Below are positions 21,886 through 34,300 of a stretch of 64,000 bases of DNA, piece by piece. The stretch's first letter is position 1; the number at the start of each line of letters is the position of its first letter. The translations under genes were made by a program, and so were the position numbers. A model generated the notes under the pieces. That model saw nothing but the letters and a program-made list of their open reading frames with translations, was not told the DNA's origin and ran no database searches. Source of the stretch: Nitrosopumilus sp. (GTDB lineage Archaea > Thermoproteota > Nitrososphaeria > Nitrososphaerales > Nitrosopumilaceae); assembly GCA_965207445.1 (NCBI GenBank), contig CBDBLX010000002.1, positions 832,001 to 896,000 of the forward strand, written 5' to 3'.

Positions 21886-23990
21886 AACATGAGCAATTTT
21901 TGAAGAGTATCTATGAGACGTTGAATAGTCCTAAAACAAGTTCACTCAAGTGGATAAGCCCATGTGGACAGTTCTGGACTAAACCGAGTAAACAAAGTAT
22001 GTCATTGTTGCAGTGGAAATGAAGGTGTGGGGATCGGGAACCAAAAGAGATGTTATACAGGGCCATACCAAAAGAGAACAAAGTATCGTTATATCAAAAG
22101 TCGTAGAGTTGTAATAGTGAGAAAACTAGATGTGGCAAAAGTAGAGTGGATACTTGTCGAAAAGCGTAAAGGCACAAAGAACCAGATCATTGCAGACTCC
22201 ATGGGAAACACTGTAAGGTGGGTCCAAAAGATATGTGCCAGATATGGAAATTTAAATCAAATTACGTACCCTCTACAATAATCAATGCCGCAAACGCTAC
22301 ACGTTCAGGGGCCAGAATACTAGAAGATGTAATCGAGAGTCAAACCGGAGTTCATATACCACACAACACATTACACATGGTGTTGATAGAACACGGATTT
22401 GCCTCTGAGGAACCAAAGAAGAAGAACAGGCGGAAATGGATACGTTATGAGCGTGAACACACAAACTCTATGTGGCACACAGATTACAAACAGATTGATG
22501 ATGGAAGATGGTTCATATCTTACCAAGATGATGCTTCTTGATTCATAACAGGTTATGGAGTATTTGATAATGCAACTACTGATAATGCCATAACTGTACT
22601 TGAAGACGCAATCAAAAAACACGGCAAGCCCGCATCAATCTTAACTGATCATGGATCTCAGTTCTTTGCAAATGAATCCAAAACAAGGCAGTGTGGTGAA
22701 TCCGACTATGAAAAGAAATTAGCCGAGCTTGACATAAAACACATACTCGCACGCATCCGTCACCCATAGACAAACGGCAAGATTGAACGAATGCATGGTG
22801 AGCTACAACGCAAGCTGTCACGGTTTGCCAGTGTCATTGAACCTAGAGGCTGCGGATCACCAATCAAAAGTACTCAGCTGGAGACTGATCCTGTGGCTCG
22901 ATTTATACGATGGTATAGCGACGAGCATAAGTTTCTGTACAGTGGATTTTTGTGATTTCGTGCCTGAAATAATCACATGTGGCAAAGTCCAATTGTGAAA
23001 ACGTTACATGAAACCACAATATGACTATTTTTATGTTCAAAATTATGGCAATATGTTGCAATATGCACAATCATACATCAAAAAATGGAATACAATTCAA
23101 GATTGAGATGGATGACTACGATGTGTGCTTACGCGTAGTGATAACCATGTTGAGAGAAGATGTACCTGAGCAATAATGCAATTTCATATTGCTAGTTTGT
23201 CTTTTTCTTTTTTGTTTTTGTTGTTGTTGCTATCGGGACAGTTATGTTACATTCCTCTGCTTCAGAACTCAGTTCACCTTCCAATCTGACGATTGGACGC
23301 ATTACCCCTTTGGGCGGTTTTCGTTTCCAGAATTTGGTAAAATTATAATCAAACATGTATTCGTTGATAAATTTGAATACTGCTTCTTTGTGTGCATCAA
23401 CAGTTGCATATCTTATAGAATTGTTGATTGATAATTTGAGTACGCCCCACAGTTCCTCAACAGGATTTAGGTACGGATGCCCTACTGGATACCACACTAA
23501 CATAATGTCCGGGTGGTTTTTGAAATATTTCATTGCATCATTTGAGGTGTGATATGTTGCTCTGTCAAGAACAAGCACCATCTTTCCAATTTTTTGATAC
23601 ATACGATCAACATGCTCCAAAAATGAGGCAGTGTTTGCAGTGCTACAGGAATTATAGAATAATTTTCCAGTTGATGTCATTGAACACAGCATGCTGAATC
23701 TATGATGATTCCCACTCCAAAACGAGTATATGCGTACTCCCACTTTTGACCAAAACTTACGTGACCTCTCAGAATCTCGAATGTGTGATTCATCCATTGT
23801 CACTATTGTGTGTCCTTTTTTGCTAAACTTTTCTAGCGTTTTAAAGAGTCGATATCTCCAGACTCGAACAGTTGTCATCTTGGCACGATTGATCTCAATT
23901 GGTTCTGTCTTTTTCTTTGAGCACTTCCACTGTCTCATGTATCTTCGAACTTGTGTTATACTTAGCCTCGTACCGGACAACTCAAATATC

Positions 23991-26569
23991 GTAAGCGTTC
24001 AGGTCTAATTATTGATGATCATAAATAGGCACGCCTGTTCCGATCACATAGCATGATATTAAATATACAAATAACATTTATAAGGAGATATCGCTATTTG
24101 TCATTGACTTACAAAAATGACAAATAGAAACATCAACAATGCAATATTGTACAATGGGAATTTAACCATGATACATGCGATCAGATGGGAGGTACAAGTG
24201 TAATGCCTTTAGAGATTGATCGCATACGTGCCGAAAGAGACGCGGCGTACTGCACGATTGGTGAATTAAACGACAAGGTTGTAGGATTGTCGGATATGAT
24301 TGGCTATATGAAAGAGAGAGATGTTGCATTAAATCAAGACATGGTTCGTTTGCGCAATGATAATGCAAAGTTAAATCAAGAAAAGACAGCAGTTGAGAAT
24401 GGCAAACCAAGCAGAAAAAAGGCAGCAGAGATTGTTCAAGAGTACAATGGAGGTGGCAGTGGAGACCATATTAGGTCTTGTAGCAAAAATTCAAAACAAA
24501 GACGAGTTGGCAGAGAGATTAAAGGTAGAATTATCAGGACTGCAACAAAAATTTGCAATAGAATATGGATATAATGGCAGTCCATCCAAATCCAAGCCAT
24601 ATGGTGACAAACGTGCAAAGTTTCAAAAAGAACTTGCAACTCATCTGACCAAAAAGCGTAACGAGTCTGTGAGTAGCAGTGACACGAACAGTGGGGATGT
24701 GACAAGTGGGGATGTGACAAGTGGGGATGTGACAAGTGGGGATAGTGATCTGTTACAAAAACTGCCAAAAAACCCCGGAGGCCAACCAGGTCATGTTGGC
24801 AAGTCACGTGAGGGCAAGTGCGAGAAAACCATACTTTTTAAAGTTGGATTGAGTGCATGCTGTGGCAGAGCAGACATGATTCAGGGTTCGTGTGTGCGCA
24901 AAAGAGTGTTTGGCCAAGATGTCGATGGTGTATGGCGTACTCTGATGTACGTGTGGTATCATGAAATATGCCCACAATGCGGTCAAGAATACGTACCTGA
25001 TACAGATGCAATCAGCGGATCTGCATTTTTGCCAAATGAGCGTGCATTGATAAACATGTACAACAACGGCGGCACTAGTGTACGTACTGCACAAGGTTAC
25101 ATCAAAGATAGAGAACACCTGCACATATCGATCGGTGCCATGTCAAACTGCGTCAGTGCAACTGCAAATTTAGTTGATAGTCGAATTATACACTCGCCAA
25201 TTGAAAAACCACTTGTAATCGATGAAGATGACTTGCGTATATGTCGGATGCCTATTGAGCCTGCAGGCGGTTGGAAAGTGGGCAAGGGTGCAGACATTTT
25301 AGATGATTATGATGCAGATGACCGTACTAGAGAGAACACGTATGCCCAAAGCGAGGCACTTCAAACTCGTTACAGTACAGTCTGGACATCATCTGTCACA
25401 CAACCACATAACGTGCATATCATGGAAGTGGCATCCATGCAACCATACAGTAAAAGCGACGAGTCACCGCACAAAGTCAAAAAAGACAACATACAGATGC
25501 TAACTGCCAATACAAACAAAACAGAGCATTACAAGGCAGTAGAACACAAATATGTCGCTGAGATGCAGATGTTTCTAGAGTGGGGCACAAACAGACCAAA
25601 TGTTCGTGACGGATACCAAGGATACTCTTGGCACAACTTTGATTTTCAACGATGTACAGTACACATATCGCGCAAAGTAGAAGATGCTGCAATAGACAAT
25701 GAGTTTGATTCTCCAGAATGCACCAGACACATACTTCTCAGTGAGATATTTGTAGATGCCAAAGCAAGCGCAAAATCATTCACCGCATATGCCGGGGGAC
25801 CAATGCAGAGTGCATGTGACCTAAACATCATAAAAGAAAAAGGATTGGATCAATCCGTACAACAAACAATAGCCCAACTCTTGGCAAAATATGACAAAGT
25901 ATCAAACATGATAGAGGATACGGCTGCCACTACACTGAAAAATGCAAGAGAAAATGTATTTACAGGCATCAAATACCCCGGAGTCCCACTACACAACAAT
26001 GACACAGAGCATAATGTACGCGATGTCCTTGTGTCCAAAAGTAAAAGAAAAGGACCATTTCCAAACTGGACTGCAGCACGCAACTTTGGCAGACTGCAGA
26101 CATTCTTTAGAACTTGTAGAAAAAACGGAACATCTGCATACGATGCGATCATCAAAATGTCTGCAGATAAAGCTTGGGACATCTTCACATCTGGAATACC
26201 TCCGCCGATAATGATAAACACAAAGCAATCTACTGAAGACAGTATACGTCCGTAACTATCAAAGTATGATTGCAAGGAATTCCACGGTTTCATGCGGACT
26301 CTACGTTGCCGCACGACATGTCATAATATGACTAAATAACAAAAATTTATTCATCTACATGGTCAACTTACCTGCATCATTTAATCACAACACCTAAAAT
26401 TTTACATCATATCAACTGCTAAAATTTACATGACTCACAATTCGGATTATCACACCCATCACCTTACATCTAGACACACTCGATTCTGGATTATCCTATG
26501 TGATATCATTAATTGACCCGTGCTGGCGTGCCTGCTTATGATCACCAATAATTAGACCTGAACGCTTAC
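23991..26569 (+). mobile_element. IS66-family element; transposase frameshifted near the N-terminus
   Basis: 45-bp TIR GTAAGCGTTCAGGTCTAATTATTG... with 3 mismatches; 8-bp TSD CAAATATC (23983-23990 and 26570-26577). ORFs 24185-24574 and 24393-26255 carry PGGQPGH, CPQCG, SDES, RDGY, QRCTVH and LHNNDTEHNVR. Confidence 0.92.
24690..24741 (+). repeat. 15-bp in-frame tandem repeat (SGDVT) in the IS66 transposase
   Basis: AGTGGGGATGTGACA three times plus a partial copy. Confidence 0.9.
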
Positions 26570-27251
26570 CAAATATCTTATCAGATATTTCAATAGATTC
26601 AAAACCTTTGCCATCACACCATTGTCTTACTTTATCAAGTATGGCTCTGTCAACTTTTGTCGGGCATCCTGATCTGGGTTTGTCTGATAATGCATCTCGA
26701 ATGCCTTTTGGTGTCTTTCTTGCAGCCTTTAATCTGTGCCACCACATTGAAACTGTTCTTCTATCGCAGCTGTGTTTTCGTCCAGTATCACTAAATGTAC
26801 CCAAACTAAAAAACAAAATCAACATACACAATCTGCGTACGACACGACCGTCTTTTTCGGTTTTTCTTATCTTCGACAACTGCTCACGCATGTCCATACT
26901 CTAGTAAATAAATTGATCATTTAAAACTTTCCTAAAATTAGGCACGCCTAAGCGTGCCGCAAAATTTTTGCGGTAACGCAGCATATTTGTCAATTACAAA
27001 CTAGCAAAGTATAAAGTACTAATTTTTTGGGCATGGTACACACACTGCGCTTATTACAATGCACACCTGAAATGTTTCTATTCATATTAAAAACAGATGT
27101 AACGTTTTCAAAATACAATATTTTTACATATGATCTTTTCAGGCATAAAATCGTGTAAAATTGGTGTACATGGACTTATGCTCGTCGCTATACAACTATA
27201 ACAGACCACACGAATCCCTAGACTGGAATGTGCTAGAAACCCCTGGCACAG

Positions 27252-27367
27252 GCATAATAGTTTCATTAAAGATCCGATAGTTTTCTAATATTTTGTATTC
27301 ATAATATGTATTCAACTTCGAGATGAATATCAATCAAAATATCGGATCTTTAATCATATCAGTATGC
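27252..27367 (+). mobile_element. MITE family C (~106 bp core inside a GCA-TA-TGC target)
   Basis: Internal IR ATTAAAGATCCGATA; near-identical copies at 30118-30234 (reverse) and 42889-43004. Confidence 0.85.
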
Positions 27368-27600
27368 ATTGCAGGTGCCATAACTACACTGAACTCGATT
27401 AAATGGACAGTCGCATCGCAAACTGTGCAATCTGTTGTATGTGGTGTCGCTTGGTTCATTTGGAATGAGATGTCAGTGTGAGGCCAATGTAGGTGGAAAA
27501 AAGATGTGCAAGCATGTGGTGGGGGGCATGTATACAAGCTCTTAGACAAAGAGTGGTGGTGCGGGCGCAGAAAAAAAGGATACAAATTAGGCGCAAAAAA

Positions 27601-27780
27601 TTGAAATGTCAGTATCCAAAATGCAGATCCAAAGATGTAGCGGGATTGGGAGAGTGCAAGCAGGAGAAAAAGATGTGAGGCAATACAGTGTCACAAGTGT
27701 GTCCGTACATTCTTCGGAATGGAAGGGTTCAAGGGGCGACATTTTAATGCATCCGTAATAGCAAGGGCGGCGTTTGCAAG
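27601..27780 (+). pseudogene. Transposase N-terminal zinc-ribbon remnant (IS6/IS1-like)
   Basis: LKCQYPKCRSKDV...QCHKCVRTFFGMEGFKGRHFNASVI, truncated by MITE-A. Confidence 0.35.
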
Positions 27781-27789
27781 AGAACCGAT

Positions 27790-27870
27790 GTAACCGTTCA
27801 ACCCCCGTACCTGCGCCAGACATTAGACGGTGAATTTGTGCCTAAATTTTGGAAGGAGTTGAACGGTTAC
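27790..27870 (+). mobile_element. MITE family A
   Basis: TIR GTAACCGTTCAAC; 8-bp TSD GAACCGAT (27782-27789 and 27871-27878). Confidence 0.9.
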
Positions 27871-27932
27871 GAACCGATCATAGAAACACTAATAACGTAG
27901 GCACTATATTGACAAATAGATTGAATACGAAT

Positions 27933-29471
27933 ATGATAATTACTGTACTGGTTGTATTGGCTGCAGTAGTGTCCGGTACGGTTTACCAAGACGCAAGCGC
28001 AGCTACATTTACAAGCGCAGAGCAGGCTTGGCTCGATAATAACCCGAATGTATATGTGGGCTCTTCCATATGGACGCCGTATGAGTATGTGGATGAAAAT
28101 GGCAACTTGGCTGGAGTCACTGCCGATATTGCAGATCGGTTCTCAGAGATAACAGGATCAAATTTTGTGGCGCATGACACGGCAGCGGGCAATTGGGACG
28201 CAACCTTGACCGGACTTAGAGACGGCACCGTCGATGTGGCCTTTATGATTGAAGACACCGGAGGTTCTAACAGGGCCGATATTAGTTTCACTGATGCATG
28301 GTTTCATATCCCCACCCATGTCATAGTTCGGGACGGCGACCGTACGACGACCGCAGGCAACTTGGCAAGCAAAAGCATCGTGACCGTGCGGGATTACGCG
28401 GTAAATGCATGGCTTACAGATCAAGGTATACAATTTACCGAAGTTGACAGCACCGCAGAGGCTCTGCGACTCGTAGCGGCAGGTGACCATGACGCGCACA
28501 TTGAGAACTGGAACGTCGCATACCGCATTGCCGCAGACGCTGGAGTGTCAGGACTTGTAAATAACGGGCCGTCAGGACACACATACGCTCTTTCAATAGG
28601 CTATCCCGAAAATAACGCTCTTTTGGGTAGCATTTTGCAAAAAACTCTGGGTGACATAGCAGAGGCCGAGGTGCAGTTAATCGTTGATTCTGTAGTTCTT
28701 CGTAGTAATGCAGACCTTGTTATACAATCATTTACCGAACAAGAAAAGTCGTGGATTGCGCAGAATCCAAGTATAAGTGTAGGATCATCTATCTGGCCGC
28801 CGTACGAGTATGTGGATGATGCAGGTAACCTAAAAGGTGTCGCGGCCGCAATTGCTGACCGTTTCTCGGCGATAACAGGCTCTGCATTTGTGGCATCTGA
28901 TGCGGCAGGGGACTGGGAGCAAACACTGGACGGACTTATAGACGGTTCTGTCGGCGTTACGTTCATGATCGCGGACACTGGACCTTCTGATAATCGCAGG
29001 GCAGGTATTGCGTACACTGAACCTTGGCTTTATGTGGATACCCATATTATAGTCCGGGACGGCGACCGTACGACGACCGCAGACAACTTGGCAAGCAAAA
29101 GTATCGTGACCGTGCGCAATTATGCTGTAAACAGCTGGCTTACTGATCAGGGCATACCATTTACCGAAGTTGACAGCACCGCAGAGGCCCTACGGCTCGT
29201 GGCGGCAGGTGACCATGATGCGCACATTGAGAACTGGAACATCGCACACCACATTGCCGCAGACGCGGGTGTTTCTGGCCTTGCAAACAACGGGCCGTCG
29301 GGATATGAATACGCGCTCTCGATAGGATACGATGCAGACAATGCGGTTCTTGGTAGTATTTTGCAAAAAGTACTGTACGGAATCCAGGGTGAACGGGACG
29401 GGTTGGTTGTAGATGCCATAAGCCGTAGCGTTGCCGAACTTAGCAGCAGCACAGTACGCACTTGCAGGTAA
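27933..29471 (+). CDS. Secreted protein with two tandem family-3 (PBP2) solute-binding domains
   Basis: ATG at 27933 gives signal peptide MIITVLVVLAAVV; two homologous domains (FTSAEQAWL / FTEQEKSWI, W.PYEYVD). The ORF-track start at 27849 lies inside MITE-A. Confidence 0.88.
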   Translation: MIITVLVVLAAVVSGTVYQDASAATFTSAEQAWLDNNPNVYVGSSIWTPYEYVDENGNLAGVTADIADRFSEITGSNFVAHDTAAGNWDATLTGLRDGTVDVAFMIEDTGGSNRADISFTDAWFHIPTHVIVRDGDRTTTAGNLASKSIVTVRDYAVNAWLTDQGIQFTEVDSTAEALRLVAAGDHDAHIENWNVAYRIAADAGVSGLVNNGPSGHTYALSIGYPENNALLGSILQKTLGDIAEAEVQLIVDSVVLRSNADLVIQSFTEQEKSWIAQNPSISVGSSIWPPYEYVDDAGNLKGVAAAIADRFSAITGSAFVASDAAGDWEQTLDGLIDGSVGVTFMIADTGPSDNRRAGIAYTEPWLYVDTHIIVRDGDRTTTADNLASKSIVTVRNYAVNSWLTDQGIPFTEVDSTAEALRLVAAGDHDAHIENWNIAHHIAADAGVSGLANNGPSGYEYALSIGYDADNAVLGSILQKVLYGIQGERDGLVVDAISRSVAELSSSTVRTCR

Positions 29472-30117
29472 ACATTGATTAGTTCCTACATTGCAAATTT
29501 GTGATGTATGGTCATCTCATTATTATCTGATTGGTTGTTATCAGGTGATTGTTGTTCCGGATGTTAGTTTTCCACTTGTTGTGTTCCTCCGTTTAGATTC
29601 AGGCATACTCTGCAGATATTTTTGATAAAGTTATGCCTGCTGGCAGGGTCGATAGATAATTGTGTGCATTCAGGATTTTTAGTAGTATGTTAGGCGTGTT
29701 AGAATTAAGCTTCTTCTGCATCCACGCGTATATAGTGACGTCCATAAATTCTGGCATAGATCAAAGTCACGAATCGGTTACAAATAATCTATGAACATTT
29801 TCTATAAATACGTGACATAACCGCAAGTACGGCGCGTAACTGACTCTCTAGGAGGAAAAATCAAAAATATGTTCATTTCTAGTTACAATTGAATAGTCCT
29901 AAAACAAGTTCACCCCTATATCCAAGTAGTTAATAGGAATCAGCATCATTTCATATCACCTCATATCATGATTTTTATGAGTATTTCCACTCACGAACAA
30001 GTCTCGTAATGGTGTCTTTTTGAGGTTGTGTTGTGATTTGTACATTACAGATGTTCCCCAGTTATTTGGAATTGTGATTTTTCAGTATCTATCATGGGTG
30101 ATTTTTTCCGCTCAAAT

Positions 30118-30234
30118 GCCTACTGATATGATTAAAGATCCGGATATTTTGATTGATATTTATCTCGAAGTTGAGTACATATTATGAATACAAAATATTA
30201 GAAAACTATCAGATCTTTAATGAAACTATTATGC
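30118..30234 (-). mobile_element. MITE family C
   Basis: Reverse-complement copy of 27252-27367. Confidence 0.85.
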
Positions 30235-30317
30235 ATGCAATCCGAATGCCTGTTTTCCTAATTGCATCAATCTGAGCCTTGGAGCGTCTCTGCTTGCCAG
30301 ACTTGGTTGTCATTTCT

Positions 30318-30465
30318 GTGTAAACCCATCTTTATGACTGATATAATCATTCAAAAATAACTCCTAGCCAAATGCACCATATGTACGATACGCAATATAC
30401 AGGCAGAAATGTGACCAATATGAGTATATAATTTCATTATTGCATCCAAAGCGTTTGGTTCACAC
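30318..30465 (+). mobile_element. MITE family B (148 bp)
   Basis: GTGTAAACC...TTGGTTCACAC; TSD TCATTTCT/TCATTTCC (7 of 8 match). Confidence 0.85.
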
Positions 30466-30634
30466 TCATTTCCTACTAGTGTTTTTGATCTTAATTGGGT
30501 AGTTTCGCCTACCACTTTTTCTTCCTGAACTGTTTTTTGTATCATTGTACATATATTACCAATTGGATATATAAGTAGGGGTGAGTGCAATCCGATATCA
30601 GTGACGTTATAATGTTGGACTGAGAACAACAAAC

Positions 30635-30812
30635 ATGACTAAATGGGCTGCCAATACCTAACTGAATTCCAAGTATCCATAACCCACAACGTGAAAAGGG
30701 GTTTACCAGTTACTCGTACATTCCAAAGACGGTCCTTGCCAAACTTGGTAACCCAGAGGGTTTGAAGTTTATCATACGTGGCGACAAAATACTAGTTACG
30801 TGTCCGGATTGA
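30635..30812 (+). pseudogene. Frameshifted AbrB/SpoVT-like small DNA-binding protein
   Basis: Pieces in shifted frames: MTKWAAN / TEFQVSITHNVKRG / SYSYIPKTVLAKLGNPEGLKFIIRGDKILVT. Confidence 0.5.
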
Positions 30813-31361
30813 CTGCAATGGTTCAAATCTACATTAATTGTCACCAACCGCGTTTGCAGGAGAATTGAATATTCTGCACATCTAATAGATCTAAGGTCGG
30901 CGACCAAAAAGCAGTCTACGGCAGAGATTGAAGGGCATAGACGCAATCGAGGCGACAGGGACGTGGAGCGTCATGGCGGGATTGGGCGCCGTCGGCATAG
31001 TGGTGGCCGTGTGGGTCTGGTATCGGGACTTTCCAGCCGCCGGGAGCCACTTCAAAGAAGTCCGCGCTTCACACCCGTATCACGTATTCGCAACAGTACC
31101 ACAAAGCATGACATTTAATTAGCCGTTTTTTCTAGGGTAGGAAAATGATAAAGTCAGTAATCCTGTGGACGTCACAGAATTTGGATGCAGCGTTCCGCCG
31201 CCCGCATTCTGCACGTGTAGTGGGAAGAATATGTGAGAAGCGTTGCCGCCGTGCCGCTTTCTGTGGCTTCTTGGCCGGCTTTTGGCCTGCGCGGGAGCCG
31301 GATGTGGTGTTAGGGGGGGGGGGGTGAGTGAGAAGCGTTGGGCGCCGCGTTAGACTGCACC

Positions 31362-34300
31362 ATGCGCGCCGTGACACTCCTGGTTGCTGCGTCCGCCGTT
31401 GCAGTCGCGTCCACCCTGTTTGTGCCGTACGGCGGCGAGGCGTATGCGTCCTCCTTTGCATACAACTTTGACTACTCTTTTCGTGGTCCGCTTGACGTAG
31501 CCTCCAACTCGACGCACACATTTGTGCTGGACGGCACCGGTAACAACGCCAAGAAAGTTATCATATTTGACGAACGCGGCTCATTCGTCTCGGAGTTTGA
31601 CGTCTCTGCACAAGCACGAGTCCTTACAGTCACCCACGATAAGGTGTTTGTGATGACCGACTACAATGCACTTAATTTCAATTTCTCCCTTTTTGAGCGG
31701 CTCGAAGTATATGATCATTCAGGGAAACAACTGTTCGTTTACCCAAAGATTGGACAGAAGATGGATGAGACTCCGAGAGGTTACTTTAATGATGTTCTAG
31801 GCATGGACTCCAACGGCACGCACGTCTTTGTGACGGACACACATCGGGACTACGTCACGGTACTCGACGCAACCACCAACAATGAAGATAAAATCCGGTC
31901 ATCGGCAGGTATTTTGTCCCACTCCTCCTTGCGCGATCCACACGCGGTCGCGGCCAACACCAATCACGTCTTTGTGACGGATACCGCTGGCGACATGGTG
32001 CACATCTTCGACGTCGGCACGGGGAGTCACGTCTCAAGCTTCGGCAGCACCGGCACCGACCCCGGGCAGTTCCAGAATCCCACGGGAATCGCGGTCAATC
32101 GTGAGCACATCATGGTGATGGACTCTGAGCGCAAGGACGTCCAGCTGTTTGACCTGTCCGGAAAATACGCGGGCGCGTTCAACCACGCGGGCGCGGGGCA
32201 ACTACACGATCCGACCGGCATCACAACGGTCGGGTTCCACACCTTTGTGGCGGACACCGGGGGCGGTGACGCAGTCAGAGCGTTTGTCAACTATCCGTAC
32301 GCGTTTACAGGTGATACAGTCAAGGGCGACGGCGACGGACAGTTCCAGAGGATCCAGTCCATTGCAACCAACTCCGAGAATATATTTGTGCTCGACGTGG
32401 AGCGCAAGGACGTACAGGTGTTCGACGGGAACGGCACCTATGTCTCAACGATCGGCGGCCCCGGCACCGGAGACGGGCAACTCCAGAGTCCGGTGTCCGT
32501 CGCGGCCAACTCAGAGTTTGTGTTCGTGTTGGATAGTCATCAGAAAAAAGAGATCCATAAATTCCGCACCGACGGAGAGTATGTCGAATCGTTCGGCCAG
32601 AAAGGCCGCGGCGATAAAGACTTTCGGTCCCCCTCGTATATCGCGGCCAACTCCACGCACGTCTTCGTAACGGATGGACTCAAGGACAAAGTCATGATAT
32701 TTGACACCGACGGAGAGTATGTCGAATCGTTCGGCGTTAAGGGCACCGGCAACGGGCAGCTTAGTAACCCGTCTGCCGTCGCGACCAACTCCGCGCACAT
32801 ACTGGTGGCCGACCGTAGCCGGGATGTCGTGCTGGTGTATGACTCTTCGGGGATATTTGTCGATGAGTTCGACGGTCCCGGCGACGACGTGTATTTTGGG
32901 AGCGTGCGCGGCATGGCGTCCGGCCCAATGCACACGTTCACGGTGGATGCCCCGAACCACAGGGTGTCTGTGTTCGACCTCTCTGGAGAATACGTCTCGG
33001 AACGTCAAGTCACTGGCACGGGGCTTGATCCGTTCGGCGACCCGTACGACATCGTGATCCATGACAAGTACGTACTCGTGGCCGACCGTGATCTACCGTA
33101 CGTGGTCAAGATCGACCGCCTGATGCTCCTCGACACGACGCCTCCATCCTTCACCTCTGCCGCCGTCCTGACGTTTGCCGAGGGTGGGACAAACGAGCAC
33201 AAGTTTACCGCAGACGAGGACGGCGTCACGTTTGCAATCCTCACCCACAACGTGACCGGCACGCCGCTGCCGTCGATAGAACAGGACACGCTGTCCTGGA
33301 CGCCGTCTGACTCTCACGGCGGAGACACGTATAACGTGACGGTGCGGGCCACGGACCCGTCTGACAACCATGGCATCCAGCACCTGATGATCACCGTACT
33401 GGACACGAACACTCCGCCGGTGCTAGGGGAGATCATGGTGCCGGCTGCCCCGATCAGCGCAGAGCTTGTGATAGAGTTGTCGGCCACCGACGTGGACATC
33501 CCGGAAGATACGCTGACGTTTGCACACAACCACACGTCCGGCGAGATACGTTCCACCGGAGACCTGACCGCCGTGTTTGCATGGACGCCGACGCCTGCCG
33601 ACGCGGATGTTCACGTGATCAGGTTCTCCGTATCCGACGGCGAGTACACTGACTTTGAGGACGTCAAGGTAAGGGTTTCTGACTCGACTGCCTTTTTTGC
33701 ATACAATCTTAACGACACATTCAGTGATCCGCGCGACGTGGACTCCAACTCCACGCATGTGTTCGTGATGGATCGCTCAAACCAACGCATCAAAATATAC
33801 GACGCGCAGGGACAGCCTGCATCGTCATTTATCACCGGCGCCGGCATGATCAGCTTCGCAGTTACATCAGATAAAGTATTCGTGGCGTTTCCAGTAAGCG
33901 GAATTGAGAATCAATTTGGTGTAAAATACCAGCAAATCAGGATATACAACCATTCCGGCACCAAACTGAGTGAGTTTGAGGGAGGGTTCGTACAAAAGGG
34001 ACACAGTCCGCCCGACGGGGCCTTTCAACAAATCCGGAGGATGTCCGCCAACGACGCGCACCTGTTTGTGACCGACACCTACCAAATCGACGTGCAGGTG
34101 TTTAACCACAACGGCGGTTTTGTGGGCACTCTTGCACACAACTCACTGGGCAGCCCGAATGCCGTCACGGCCACATCCGCGCACGTCTTTGTGACTGACG
34201 CGCTTGCTGACAGAGTGCACATCTTTGACGCCGGCACGAGGAGTCACGTCTCAAGCTTCGGCAGCACCGGCACCGGCCCCGGGCAGTTCGATAACCCCGC

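Larger units (their letters stand above)
22916..27190 (-). mobile_element. IS630-family element with ~95-bp imperfect TIRs and TA TSD; transposase split by IS66
   Basis: TA|TAGCGACGAGCATAAGT...ACTTATGCTCGTCGCTA|TA. ORF pieces 26897-26570 and 23990-23192 rejoin in frame (...SDKIF|ELSGTR...) with MDES, LDRATYH and PYLNPVEELW. Confidence 0.92.
21921..27367 (+). mobile_element. IS481-family element (pseudogenised), interrupted by IS630 and MITE-C
   Basis: Fragments RKLDVAKVEWI, RYEREHTNSMWHTDYKQ, LTDHGSQF, HP.TNGKIER. The frame ...PVARFIRW|YNYNRPHESLDW rejoins across 22915/27193. The end sequence TTGAATAGTCCTAAAACAAGTTCAC recurs at 29889-29913. Confidence 0.85.

Noticed and set aside
24414..24421. 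A6G motif in the IS66 ORF overlap as a programmed -1 frameshift
   Set aside because: The ORFs at 24185 and 24393 are in a +1 relationship, not -1; a one-base insertion near 24392 is simpler.
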